From a virus, in IMG/VR virus record IMGVR_UViG_3300042371_001161, positions 32,001 to 96,000 of that record: DNA of 64,000 nt; one strand, given 5' to 3'. The position numbers were made by a program, and so were the translations under genes. Under the pieces are notes generated by a model, which saw nothing but the letters and a program-made list of their open reading frames with translations, had not been told where the DNA came from and ran no database searches. Positions within the stretch are counted from its first letter, which is position 1. Each line of letters begins with the position of its first letter. Positions 9,158 through 18,245 of this stretch are shown in pieces.

Positions 9158-10621
9158 TTAAACCACTGTTGAAGTGAGGTTAGACTTTACGATATCGATT
9201 TCAATTCTGTCACCAATGCTGCTGACACGGACACCGACTCTGGCTTTCACCAAACCATTTGCCAACTGTGAGGTTGGGTTGATTGAGGAATCGCACTTCA
9301 CGATGTATCCGTTATCTAGCTCACGGCCGTTGGCATCAAATGCTGGGTAAAGAGCACCGAGGTTGCGCATTACCGACAGGATTGACACAAGGCGTGACTC
9401 GATGTCAGCGAAAATGGTGTTTCTTCCATCGATTGAGCTGAACACCACATCTTCAAGCGACCGGTAGCACTCTGTAACGATTGAGTTAACAACATCCTGT
9501 TGCGTGATATAGCGGAAGTTGTCGTTATCGGAAGAGAGCGAACGGGCTCCATACACGCGAATCGTGTTTTGAATCACTCGAATTGCGTTTACGTTGCCTT
9601 CGTCAAGGTCGTCACCGACAACCTTGCTAATGTCAGTCTTGATGCCGGTCACAAACTTGGCCGCTGAAACAATTCCTGCGGCTGGAAGATGTGGTCCGGT
9701 CCCATTATGGGCAACGGCGCGCTTTGCAGCGATATATCCAACTGGTGGAATGAATCGTCCTATGCCAGGCACGCTAGTGGGAACTAAAACCCACGGATGG
9801 TACAGTGCCGCATGCTCTGAGCCTTCTCCCGTTTGAAGTGAGAGTGCCTTTTCCTTCATGGCGGTAGCAGTTGCGTCTTCTGTTCCAAACAAAATTGCGA
9901 TTCTGCTATTTGCGTTTGCGTGGTCGATGAGGGCTTCAGCCACAGTGTCGCCGCTATCCTCTGGGCAAACAACAGCGCCCGAGCCGAGAGCGTCATTGAA
10001 CAACGTAAGCTGAGCGATGTATTCAGCAGAAGTTACGGTGTCATTGTTGTCGTCGCCTGTTCCCAACGCCGTTTCTGCAAGTACTACCGGCTTCAGGGCC
10101 GTACCACCAGAAGCAACCGCTGCTGTCACATAGCGAGCAGCAACCGCACTTAGGTTAATTCGTCCGACTGCCTGTGATACTGTCGTTACGCTTCCAGTTG
10201 TGTATTTCAAAACGCCGTCGTAGTAAATATCAACTTTGAAGGTTGTTGCGGTTGGGTGCGTTACAGCAACTCCGACGTCCGCGCTCCAAGCGCCTGCGCC
10301 ATTTGCCGTCAACGTAATTGCGGCGGCGGAGGCTGGACCATTCAAAGTCAACGAGCCGACTGTTGCTGATGCACCAACGGCGCGCGCAATGAAAGCTCGC
10401 GTTCCACCTTCCTCGAAAAATGTCTCCACCGTTGGGTGGGTGTACGAGGACGTCAGAAATCCACCGAAAATGTCTTCGAAGTCACTAAGACTCTCGACAA
10501 GTACGGCTTCGTCCGATGGACCACGCTCTGTTTTGCCAACAATGAACAGCTGCGAAGATTCGCGCACCGTTGCCGTTGATGGACCAGTTCTAACTGAAGT
10601 TGAAATGACTACGCCAGGCAT
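9158..10621 (-). CDS. Contractile tail sheath protein
   Basis: 487 aa. Starts MPGVVI; contains VGKTERGP, FFEEGG, LYHPWV, PPVGYIAAKR, VNAIR, VYGARSLS and FRYI sheath-family motifs. Confidence 0.95.
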   Translation of the reverse strand: MPGVVISTSVRTGPSTATVRESSQLFIVGKTERGPSDEAVLVESLSDFEDIFGGFLTSSYTHPTVETFFEEGGTRAFIARAVGASATVGSLTLNGPASAAAITLTANGAGAWSADVGVAVTHPTATTFKVDIYYDGVLKYTTGSVTTVSQAVGRINLSAVAARYVTAAVASGGTALKPVVLAETALGTGDDNNDTVTSAEYIAQLTLFNDALGSGAVVCPEDSGDTVAEALIDHANANSRIAILFGTEDATATAMKEKALSLQTGEGSEHAALYHPWVLVPTSVPGIGRFIPPVGYIAAKRAVAHNGTGPHLPAAGIVSAAKFVTGIKTDISKVVGDDLDEGNVNAIRVIQNTIRVYGARSLSSDNDNFRYITQQDVVNSIVTECYRSLEDVVFSSIDGRNTIFADIESRLVSILSVMRNLGALYPAFDANGRELDNGYIVKCDSSINPTSQLANGLVKARVGVRVSSIGDRIEIDIVKSNLTSTVV

Positions 10622-10664
10622 AGAACCTCACTGTTTCGCATAGGGAATCCTGTTTGTGATTTCA

Positions 10665-10700
10665 ATTGTACAGATGGGATTCTATTATTTTGTGCAACTA
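10665..10700 (-). promoter_or_regulatory. Conserved TAGTTGCA-N22-TACAAT promoter-like element upstream of sheath
   Basis: Minus strand reads TAGTTGCA-caaaataatagaatcccatctg-TACAAT in the intergenic region. Confidence 0.6.
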
Positions 10701-10726
10701 TGAATTGAACTTTTAAAACAATATTT

Positions 10727-11335
10727 TCAGTAATCAAGGGACGGCATCTCCTGACCAACACCAGTAGGGGTGGTCTCGACCTCTACTTCTGAGACAACAC
10801 CCAATGCTTCTCGAGCGACAACCTCGTCCATTTCTAGCGTGTAGGCAATGTATGCCCCTGCCATCATTCGGTCGCCCTTGAGTAGGGTTATGTCTGAATA
10901 CTCTTCCCGGAAGCTATTTTCGCTGATAAGAGCCCTAAAAGACGTTCGTGAGTCGTGGGCCTTGAGGCAAGGGTAGTCAAGAAGGGCGCTCCTAGTTACC
11001 GTCGTCAATCTATCTCTCATTAAAGTTGTTGCTTCGTTTCCTTCGTCTCGCACCCATAGATAGGTCCGCATGGAGTAGCTGACGCGATAAAGAGGGTCGG
11101 TTTGGTCGTAACCTATTCTTTCAAGTCCATTCATGGAGAGCGCGACGGTAATAACCGAGGGCCATTCATCTATCGCCATTGGCTCGTAACCTATGTACTG
11201 ACCGGGGTCCGGAAGCTTTGTGCTATCGAGGTTCCAGCCGTTTCTGTACCGAATGAGGCGAATCGGAAGGTCGGCGGTCAAATAGTCATTGACATATTTT
11301 TTAGCAAAATGCGAGCCATTCATTAAGTAGGTCAT
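10727..11335 (-). CDS. Putative tail completion / tail terminator protein
   Basis: 202 aa, between neck and sheath genes. Assignment rests mainly on position and beta-rich character (EWPSVITV, YRVSYSMRTYLWV). Confidence 0.55.
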   Translation of the reverse strand: MTYLMNGSHFAKKYVNDYLTADLPIRLIRYRNGWNLDSTKLPDPGQYIGYEPMAIDEWPSVITVALSMNGLERIGYDQTDPLYRVSYSMRTYLWVRDEGNEATTLMRDRLTTVTRSALLDYPCLKAHDSRTSFRALISENSFREEYSDITLLKGDRMMAGAYIAYTLEMDEVVAREALGVVSEVEVETTPTGVGQEMPSLDY

Positions 11336-11832
11336 GCCAGCTTGCTCCCCTGGACGATGTACTGCGTTGCTTTTTTATTAATGTCTTTGTCAAAACTATT
11401 GGGAACGAACAGTATCTTGCGAGCAGGCATGTCCTGGGTTCCATACTGATGAAATTTTGCAATTGGGCTATCAACCACAAAAGTTGCTTCCATGTCACTA
11501 ATTGAGTTCTTGGGGCTAGACCCAATGCCGGCAACGCTGCGAAACAGCTTTCCAGTTAATACCAAGGGCGGAGCCCCAGGTGCGTTACGGAACTTCCACG
11601 ACTCATACTCTTCATCAAGTGGTGGCCATGCACCCTTGAGCATCGCCTTGGCGGAAAGGGCACCCATGGTGGTGAAATTCTTAGAATATGCTCTTTCTAA
11701 ATAACCCTTAGCCCAATTCAAAACAGGCCGCATTGATTTAGCCCTGTCTTTCATGTTTCCTAAGCGGTCCTTTGCGTCCTCGCCGTGGAAATCAGTATCT
11801 CCAATATAAACTACTATGCCGCTTCTGGACAT
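11332..11832 (-). CDS. Virion morphogenesis / neck protein (Mu gpG / tail-S-like)
   Basis: 166 aa. Contains WPPL...PLVLTGKLFRSV and PIAKFHQYGTQDMPARKIL. Confidence 0.7.
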   Translation of the reverse strand: MSRSGIVVYIGDTDFHGEDAKDRLGNMKDRAKSMRPVLNWAKGYLERAYSKNFTTMGALSAKAMLKGAWPPLDEEYESWKFRNAPGAPPLVLTGKLFRSVAGIGSSPKNSISDMEATFVVDSPIAKFHQYGTQDMPARKILFVPNSFDKDINKKATQYIVQGSKLA

Positions 11833-11834
11833 AA

Positions 11835-12479
11835 TTAAGCCCGAACGCGACGGTATTTGCGCAATGAAGAAAGTTCCGAATCAAGGAAGCCCGTAACAAG
11901 CGGACCGGTATTTCTTGTTGTGATGTCTTTGACTCCAACCACGTCATCGTGCATGTTTTGCATTTCACGTGATGCTGCTCTAAGTATCATTAGCTTGAAG
12001 ACGGGTATTGATGGACCATCCAATCCAGCGGTATACGTAATGGTTATTAGGTCATCCGAATATCCGTGGTAGTAATCAATCCCGTATGTTCGCGTAACGT
12101 AGTCGGTATCTTCAATAAGTACTCTTTCCGTGCCAAAAAGTGGCTTTACCTTAACCTCTGATATTGAAGCAATTGGGGTATTTCTAAAGTAAATAGCGGG
12201 TGGCGGTGTCGCCCACGCAACTATGTCGGTGTATGAACCTTTAGTGAAAGAAGAATTATAACTGGTGTTGTCTGCTGTTAAAAATGTCCCCATTGGGGTG
12301 CCATTGTGATTGGAGTCCAGACGGTGCTCTTCTACATATTCGCCGACCTCTATCGGGCGACGTAGGAATGATTCGAGCTCGCTTTGAAGACCGGCGAGGA
12401 CCATGACGGCGGCATCTTCCTGACGTGCCGACAGCTTGATATCCATATATACCTTGACATCATTAACTGAGACAATCAT
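11835..12479 (-). CDS. Head-tail connector/adaptor (gp6-like)
   Basis: Contains VSVNDVKVYMDI...LESFLRRPI...ITITYTAG...LRKYRR. Start moved from 12509 to ATG at 12479, which has a GGGAG RBS. Confidence 0.75.
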   Translation of the reverse strand: MIVSVNDVKVYMDIKLSARQEDAAVMVLAGLQSELESFLRRPIEVGEYVEEHRLDSNHNGTPMGTFLTADNTSYNSSFTKGSYTDIVAWATPPPAIYFRNTPIASISEVKVKPLFGTERVLIEDTDYVTRTYGIDYYHGYSDDLITITYTAGLDGPSIPVFKLMILRAASREMQNMHDDVVGVKDITTRNTGPLVTGFLDSELSSLRKYRRVRA

Positions 12480-12563
12480 CGTCACTCCCGTGATAAAGCG
12501 ATTTTGCAAATAAATGCTTCATCAAATTCTAACACCTAGTTAACTTGTGGGAGGAGAGAAGGG

Positions 12564-12592
12564 TTGACCGAGCAACGGAATTGGTGTAGATT
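12564..12592 (+). promoter_or_regulatory. SigmaA/70-type promoter TTGACC-N17-TAGATT, leaderless geometry
   Basis: -35 at 12564-12569, -10 at 12587-12592, ATG 6 nt later at 12599. Confidence 0.6.
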
Positions 12593-12598
12593 CATGCC

Positions 12599-12901
12599 AT
12601 GTCGGGAAAAAGTAAATTCGATACAATTATTGACATTAAGGGAGATGACCTTAAGTCAATAAATATGGAGATTCTTGGAAGAATAACTAGGGTTATTTTT
12701 TTCCTGTTCATGCCCGACGGTCAGCCAATGAGCGACTCGGACATAGATGAACTGATGGACGAGTCTTTTGGCCTTGCCTCGCTCTTGATGGCCGTGGCAG
12801 GGATGCGGGTGGTTGGGGAGAATATTAACGGCGACTACGTTGTGAAATTCAAGCCATATAAGTCACTAGAACACTTTGAAAAGGAGAATGAATCCAAATG
12901 A
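12599..12901 (+). CDS. Hypothetical acidic protein, paralog A
   Basis: 100 aa. Aligns by eye with 12898..13308. Confidence 0.65.
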   Translation: MSGKSKFDTIIDIKGDDLKSINMEILGRITRVIFFLFMPDGQPMSDSDIDELMDESFGLASLLMAVAGMRVVGENINGDYVVKFKPYKSLEHFEKENESK

Positions 12902-13308
12902 AAACAGAAATTACGATTACAGAATATTTTTCCAACGAAGAAACCAAGCGGGCAGCAAATGTTGAAGTTTTGCAAAATGTCCTAAAGGTCCTTTTTTTCT
13001 GGGTAAACGAAAGAGAAGAAAACATCTTTGACGAAGAAGGCGAAGTCAATGAGGATGCAATGAGTGATTACACGGATTTTCTATGGTCCATCACTTGCTC
13101 CATGATGGCCGCTACAGGTATGAAGATTATTGGTAAAGACGAAACGGGAAAGTACGTAGCAACGCTAGAACCGAGACCGTCCGTCAAAGAGTTCCTCATT
13201 AAGGAAGATATTGCCACAGAAGAAGACATTCACTGGGATGACATCCTGGAAGACTTTGAGCCAGATAGTGGCTTCGAAAGACATGATGACTATTTAATGA
13301 GGAACTAA
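12898..13308 (+). CDS. Hypothetical acidic protein, paralog B
   Basis: 136 aa. Overlaps the paralog A stop by 4 nt. Confidence 0.65.
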   Translation: MKTEITITEYFSNEETKRAANVEVLQNVLKVLFFWVNEREENIFDEEGEVNEDAMSDYTDFLWSITCSMMAATGMKIIGKDETGKYVATLEPRPSVKEFLIKEDIATEEDIHWDDILEDFEPDSGFERHDDYLMRN

Positions 13309-13324
13309 ATCGGCGCGAAGAAGT

Positions 13325-14071
13325 TTATTTCTTCTTGCCTTTTTTGCTTCCGCCTTTTGCAAGTTTGTCAGCTTCACGCCTGCCCGCGGCTGCTCGTTCC
13401 GCTGGAGTTTTTGCCCGTTGCGCCGCCTTTTGGTTTGATTTAGCCTTAGGTGGACGAATTGGTCCACCTACACGCTTAATGCGACCTGCAGCGGCCTTCC
13501 CTCCTCTTGGTCTGTTGAGAATATCGCTGCTGCCTTCACGCGTTCTTGCTATGTTCAATTTATCAACCTGAGATAAGAAGTTGCCTGGCTTTGTGGTCCC
13601 CTTTGCAATGGGGTCTCTGCCAAACTTTGCTCCATTTTTATTCATTCTTCTTTGAGCTCGGCCTTCAAGTTCCCGGAATCTCTTTGACCTGGTGCGACCC
13701 GCGTACCATGAATCGGCTGGGGCGCCTACGCCACCAGGCTTGCGACCACTAGTGTCGCCACGGTCTGCAAACTCTTTACTGACGGACTTTTTCATGGTTC
13801 CGCCAGTTCTCCAACTTTTTGCAGCCTTGCTTCGTGACTTGGAACCACCGTATCTGGCCATTTCTGCCAAATCGCCAAGCTTGCCTTTATCGAAGTTTTC
13901 GGGCTTTACACCAAAAATGTCTTCTGCAATCTGTTTATATTTATCAAGTTTTTTGCGGTCCCGGGTGTCTACCTTCACTCCCTTGCGCAGCTTTGCTTGC
14001 GTTTCCTTGACAAAATCGGTAATATGTGCGGCGTCATCACTAATGTCTGGGCCGTAGCGTACTCCTGGCAT
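13325..14071 (-). CDS. Highly basic (Lys/Arg/Gly-rich) hypothetical protein
   Basis: 248 aa, about one quarter K+R, GGAG RBS upstream. Confidence 0.7.
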   Translation of the reverse strand: MPGVRYGPDISDDAAHITDFVKETQAKLRKGVKVDTRDRKKLDKYKQIAEDIFGVKPENFDKGKLGDLAEMARYGGSKSRSKAAKSWRTGGTMKKSVSKEFADRGDTSGRKPGGVGAPADSWYAGRTRSKRFRELEGRAQRRMNKNGAKFGRDPIAKGTTKPGNFLSQVDKLNIARTREGSSDILNRPRGGKAAAGRIKRVGGPIRPPKAKSNQKAAQRAKTPAERAAAGRREADKLAKGGSKKGKKK

Positions 14072-14118
14072 AAAAGCTCCTATAGTCTTTGTTCAAATAT
14101 ACCAGAAAATACTTTTAT

Positions 14119-14676
14119 CTATCTGTCGGAATTGGGTGGTCTTTCTATTGAAAGCACTTCTGGGGGCACAGAATTCGGAGGAGCCTCTATCGGAACCCAT
14201 GCTCTAGCGTAATTGTGTTCTTTTATTTTTCTGACTTTGAACAGATTTCCGTCAAGCATTAATGCAAGTTCTTCTGCTCGCATGCAGAGAATGTCCTGGA
14301 AATCGGATGCGCCGTACTTTCCGGAACGCCTGACGGACCTGATGATTTTAGAAGCTTTCTCCGCAATCACGTGTGAATGCCCTCGATTTAGGCGAAGGTG
14401 CATCATCATCGCGTCAACCTGGTCGACGTCATGAAAAACTACTGGAATTTTCCCCTCGGTCTTTTTTAAAATCTGCGGAATACTGGTTGCCAAAATAAAA
14501 CGCTCGGAACCATCAATTATCTCCCCGGTAGATAAGCGAGCATGTATCGGTTGAATGAATCCAAGCTCAGATAGCGATGCTGAAATTATTAACATCTCCG
14601 GACGCAGGGTGTACGTAGCTCGCCACTCAGGAGTAGATAAGCGCGATGGCTCTACGTATTCAATATTAATATTCAT
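14119..14676 (-). CDS. IbrB/YbdM-like ParB-fold protein (degenerate motif)
   Basis: Contains PEMLIISASLSELGFIQPI...IIDGSERF and MHLRLNRGHSH. Overlaps the IbrA-like gene. Confidence 0.7.
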   Translation of the reverse strand: MNINIEYVEPSRLSTPEWRATYTLRPEMLIISASLSELGFIQPIHARLSTGEIIDGSERFILATSIPQILKKTEGKIPVVFHDVDQVDAMMMHLRLNRGHSHVIAEKASKIIRSVRRSGKYGASDFQDILCMRAEELALMLDGNLFKVRKIKEHNYARAWVPIEAPPNSVPPEVLSIERPPNSDR

Positions 14677-15805
14677 ATATGTCTGCTCTCTCTAGTTCTA
14701 CTGCCCTGACAGTGTGCGCCTTTGTCTTGGGTCCAACTGGTGTTGGAGAGTTAACGTCAATGTCGTTCAGCATCAAATTTCTTATAAGCCAGCTAACTGG
14801 GTACCCGTGTGGGTCTGATAGGTGCTTTTTTCTAAACTTAGAAACATAAGCACGGGCTTCCGTTTGACGTCGTTCGCCCACCAAGTATTGTTCGATGAAA
14901 CTTGATGCACCATCAAATCCAAACTGAGAGTAGATATCAATCAGCTTCTCCGAGTCAAACTCTGGCCAAAGTCTGCGTTGTGCGTCTATGTATGGGAAGC
15001 ACTCGTAAAGCCTGTCGTAGAATTCTGGTTCCGTAGCAATAACGTCTCCAATCCGCCTTATTGCAGTCGCATGCAAGGGGATTCCAACTCGCGTGTTGCT
15101 TCCGGTGATTGTTGCGAGGTCATAGTACTTGCAGTATTCTGCGTCGTGTTCCTCGATGATGAATTTAAAAACATCATCCGTATTCCAGTCATATATGACT
15201 TTGGCGAACTTGAGTGGTATTCCCTTTTTTAACTTGTACGGCGTATTTATGTAATTCTCGTGAAGTTTCTGAACAATCGACCTGTATCTAACCATCGACT
15301 CGCTTGCTCTGACTCCAGTCAGAAAGGCAACATTTCCTTTTTTGCCCTGCATTGTGTAGTAATCGGTCTGTTCAGGCAATGAAACGCTGTGACTTAGTCC
15401 AAAATTCTTGCCGCTGATTGCCCATGGGGGCATCGGTCGCACCCACCTGCCTTGTTCAAATCTTTCTTGACTCCACAGGAGGGTCGTTATCCTGTAACCA
15501 AGAACCCAAATTTCTGCTGGATATGGCAAGCAGTACCACTCCATGTCAACCCAATCGTAGTTGCGGACCCTCTCTACGTAGTCCATGACGACAGGGCTCA
15601 CCATTTCTTCGTCGCGGAAAATCACCTTAACAGGGCCTAGGCCACGCTCTTCGTGGACCTCCTTGGCAAGGAGAAGAACGGCGGTTGAGTCTTTGCCGCC
15701 AGAAAATTGAACACACACCGTGTCAAAGGTGTCGTATACGTGACGTATTCTTTGACGAGCAGCGTCAACGCAGCTCATATCCAAGAACAGGCGTTGACGA
15801 GTCAT
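14666..15805 (-). CDS. IbrA/YbdN-like PAPS-reductase-family PP-loop protein
   Basis: Contains VQFSGGKDS, VIFRDEE, WYCLP, WVRPMP, LTGVRASES and IYDWNTDDV motifs. Confidence 0.8.
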   Translation of the reverse strand: MTRQRLFLDMSCVDAARQRIRHVYDTFDTVCVQFSGGKDSTAVLLLAKEVHEERGLGPVKVIFRDEEMVSPVVMDYVERVRNYDWVDMEWYCLPYPAEIWVLGYRITTLLWSQERFEQGRWVRPMPPWAISGKNFGLSHSVSLPEQTDYYTMQGKKGNVAFLTGVRASESMVRYRSIVQKLHENYINTPYKLKKGIPLKFAKVIYDWNTDDVFKFIIEEHDAEYCKYYDLATITGSNTRVGIPLHATAIRRIGDVIATEPEFYDRLYECFPYIDAQRRLWPEFDSEKLIDIYSQFGFDGASSFIEQYLVGERRQTEARAYVSKFRKKHLSDPHGYPVSWLIRNLMLNDIDVNSPTPVGPKTKAHTVRAVELERADIYEY

Positions 15806-16005
15806 TAGTTTTTGTGCATTTTGTTGAGGCGGAGTATTTCTGTCCTGAGTTCGTTATTCTCATTTAGAGCTCTCTCGGCAACAGCCTTCCAATATGCGGA
15901 GTCCGCTATGTGCTTGTCCATGATGTCCAATATCTTCGGACAGTCATTCTTGGAGACCCTAGCCACTTGTAGTAGATGTCTGTATACCTGTTCTTGTTGG
16001 TCCAT
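15805..16005 (-). CDS. Small hypothetical protein with C-terminal coiled coil
   Basis: 66 aa, tightly packed between the ParB and IbrA-like genes. Confidence 0.55.
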   Translation of the reverse strand: MDQQEQVYRHLLQVARVSKNDCPKILDIMDKHIADSAYWKAVAERALNENNELRTEILRLNKMHKN

Positions 16006-16006
16006 A

Positions 16007-16888
16007 TTAAACCTCTATGTGTTGATTAATAAAATCTATCAGCTTCTCAGCGGTAGTTGCTCCGACTACTGCGGGGTCGGATTTTATCCACTTCAAAAAT
16101 TCATACCATCTAGCCTGCTGTGTCGTGTCGTCAAATACAATTGTGCACTGAACGACGGCTCGTGGGGCCGAACCCGGAGAGACGGTCGTCGAGCCACGTT
16201 TGACGGCATCATTTTGGTCGAAGCCTGAACGTATTTCAATGTGTTGCTTGCCATCTTCCGTATGGGTAACGTTCACCATATTACGGTCTAGTTCTGGCGC
16301 AGTAGGTGATGCGTTTGTGCTTGTTTTGTTCTCTCCATAATTGTCATAGTCGTCATAACTGTCAAATTTTGCAACAACAGTAAATCCGTTGTCTGAAGAC
16401 CCAGTGATAGTCGGTGGAATAAATCCAGCCCCAGGCTCTATTACTCTATTGTCCTCACGAATGAGTTTTTGTTCTATTTCGGCAGTGTAAAATTCATCCC
16501 ATCCGAGTCCGTTGATGAGCTCCGGGTAGATATCTGCCAGTTCAAGTATTACTTCATTCAATAACTCTGGCTCGGTATATCCAAGCTCCATCGTTCTGTT
16601 GTCTGCAAGTGCAAAGGCAATAGCTCGCTCGCCATCAACCGCAAAGCTGACGGCTGCTATTTTGTCCCAGCCCAACCTTTTTGCTGCCTCTAGCTGGTGA
16701 TTTCCAGCGATAACTGTCGCCGTTCCATCATCGTTGGGTCGAACAACTATTGGTTTGATTTGTCCAAATTCGCGATACGAAGCCATAATTGCTCCTACGT
16801 CACCGCGTCTGGGGTTTGATTCTAATGGCAGCAGCGTCTCGATGTCTACGGCCATTTGAATGAGTGATTCGTGAATTCCATGAGTCAT
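16007..16888 (-). CDS. ParB/Sulfiredoxin N-terminal domain protein
   Basis: Contains LESNPRRGDV...EFGQIKPIVV...VIAGNHQLEAAKRLGWDKI...ALADNRT. Confidence 0.85.
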   Translation of the reverse strand: MTHGIHESLIQMAVDIETLLPLESNPRRGDVGAIMASYREFGQIKPIVVRPNDDGTATVIAGNHQLEAAKRLGWDKIAAVSFAVDGERAIAFALADNRTMELGYTEPELLNEVILELADIYPELINGLGWDEFYTAEIEQKLIREDNRVIEPGAGFIPPTITGSSDNGFTVVAKFDSYDDYDNYGENKTSTNASPTAPELDRNMVNVTHTEDGKQHIEIRSGFDQNDAVKRGSTTVSPGSAPRAVVQCTIVFDDTTQQARWYEFLKWIKSDPAVVGATTAEKLIDFINQHIEV

Positions 16889-16892
16889 AGTT

Positions 16893-17228
16893 CTATACCT
16901 GATTTCTAACGTTGGCGTTTAGTGTTCGTATTGCATCCATGGATGAGCGAACGGAAAGAAGCTTTTCTCTTTTAGATTTAACAAGAGCTTCGGCACACTT
17001 GTATTCAAAGTACTCCTGGTCAAGCTTGTAATCCGCCCACGCTTCTCTCTCTTTTATAGACCCCTTGGCAGACAGATATTCGCGAGCCCAATTGGCTTTA
17101 TAGAGAGCTTCTTTTTTTGCCATATCCATAGATAGAGATTCAAATTGCTCTGTCTCTTCTTCAAGCATATCCATCAACCGGAGCAACTCCTGCTCAATAT
17201 CAATTTGGCTAATTGGCGTTGTTCTCAT
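16893..17228 (-). CDS. Coiled-coil hypothetical protein (possibly UvsY-like)
   Basis: 111 aa, all-helical, ends MDAIRTLNANVR. Adjacent to ruvC. The UvsY resemblance is weak. Confidence 0.45.
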   Translation of the reverse strand: MRTTPISQIDIEQELLRLMDMLEEETEQFESLSMDMAKKEALYKANWAREYLSAKGSIKEREAWADYKLDQEYFEYKCAEALVKSKREKLLSVRSSMDAIRTLNANVRNQV

Positions 17229-17229
17229 A

Positions 17230-17757
17230 CTAAGAAACCTCTCTCATTCCCTCGATAGGGGACCAGTCTACTTTTATTAAAGCCTCTAATTGCTCTTTAG
17301 TCCAAGATTCCTTTGATTCTCCGATATAAGCAAGGCCCATCTGCCGGAGTATCCATGCATCGCATTCGTCATCTGCTCCAGCACCCAAAAAAGTGAGTCC
17401 GGTCTTGGCAGAAATAGCCGAAATAACCTCAGTCTTCCCGGCATTGCCCTTACCGGTGGCAAACTTCGCCCTACAGGTAGGTGGGACCTCTACATAGGGG
17501 GTTCCCATCTCCCACAACTTCATTCTCACAACGCCCCCCATTTCACCAATACTGTGTGCCTGGCTGTTGCGCGAGGCAAAAGAATAGCCCTCAATTATGA
17601 CTGCTTCTATCGAGTGGGTGGTAATTATTTTAATAATCTCGTCAGAAACCTTAGACAGTCTTTCAGCCCCTTTTAGCTTCAGGGCGATTATTCCAGTTTC
17701 TCCTTCTACACAGTAACCGGTAGATGTAAGAGAAAGGTCAAGCCCAAGCAAACGCAC
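17230..17757 (-). CDS. ruvC: RuvC-like Holliday junction resolvase
   Basis: Contains LGLDLSLTSTG, IIEGYSF, IGEMGGVVR, KFATGKGNAGK and DDECDAW. Confidence 0.85.
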   Translation of the reverse strand: MRLLGLDLSLTSTGYCVEGETGIIALKLKGAERLSKVSDEIIKIITTHSIEAVIIEGYSFASRNSQAHSIGEMGGVVRMKLWEMGTPYVEVPPTCRAKFATGKGNAGKTEVISAISAKTGLTFLGAGADDECDAWILRQMGLAYIGESKESWTKEQLEALIKVDWSPIEGMREVS

Positions 17758-17773
17758 AATTAGGGACTATAGC

Positions 17774-17818
17774 AAATACAAAGGCGGGCAGTGGCTCACC
17801 ATTGAACAACTACCCGCC
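17774..17818 (-). terminator. Intrinsic terminator-like hairpin
   Basis: Minus strand GGCGGGTAGT-loop-ACTGCCCGCC followed by TTTGTATTT, between the HNH gene and ruvC. Confidence 0.55.
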
Positions 17819-17874
17819 CGTGCACCTATTTGGGTCCTCAGGTAGCGATTTCTGAAGATAACTAAATAATACAC

Positions 17875-18228
17875 TCACTCCCATGAGTGTTTGGCCAACC
17901 CAAGCGAAAAAGCAAGGGCCGGTTCGTTGCCGATTCTTGAGTGACACTTTCTGCACACGGTAACGAGATTTTCTTCTTCAAGTATTGAGCCACCCTGCGA
18001 GCGACGAACGAGCTCATGCACATCGACACTATTGCGATGAATAAAAACATGCAATCCATCATTCTTGGCAAAAACTGGGCAGGCAAAACAAAGTGGGAAA
18101 TCAGACAGCATTCGAGCAACAATCTTGCGGCGCTCAACGTATATTTCTTCAGTTTTTTGGCTACGTTTGGCTATTTTCTTTGTACTGCGTTTGAGCGGCG
18201 TTCGTTTAATTGGCTTATTGGGCTTCAT
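17875..18228 (-). CDS. HNH endonuclease
   Basis: Contains CFACP...DVHELVRRSQGG...NLVTVCRKCH, with a basic N-terminus. Confidence 0.85.
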   Translation of the reverse strand: MKPNKPIKRTPLKRSTKKIAKRSQKTEEIYVERRKIVARMLSDFPLCFACPVFAKNDGLHVFIHRNSVDVHELVRRSQGGSILEEENLVTVCRKCHSRIGNEPALAFSLGLAKHSWE

Positions 18229-18245
18229 TAAGTATGAATATTACA

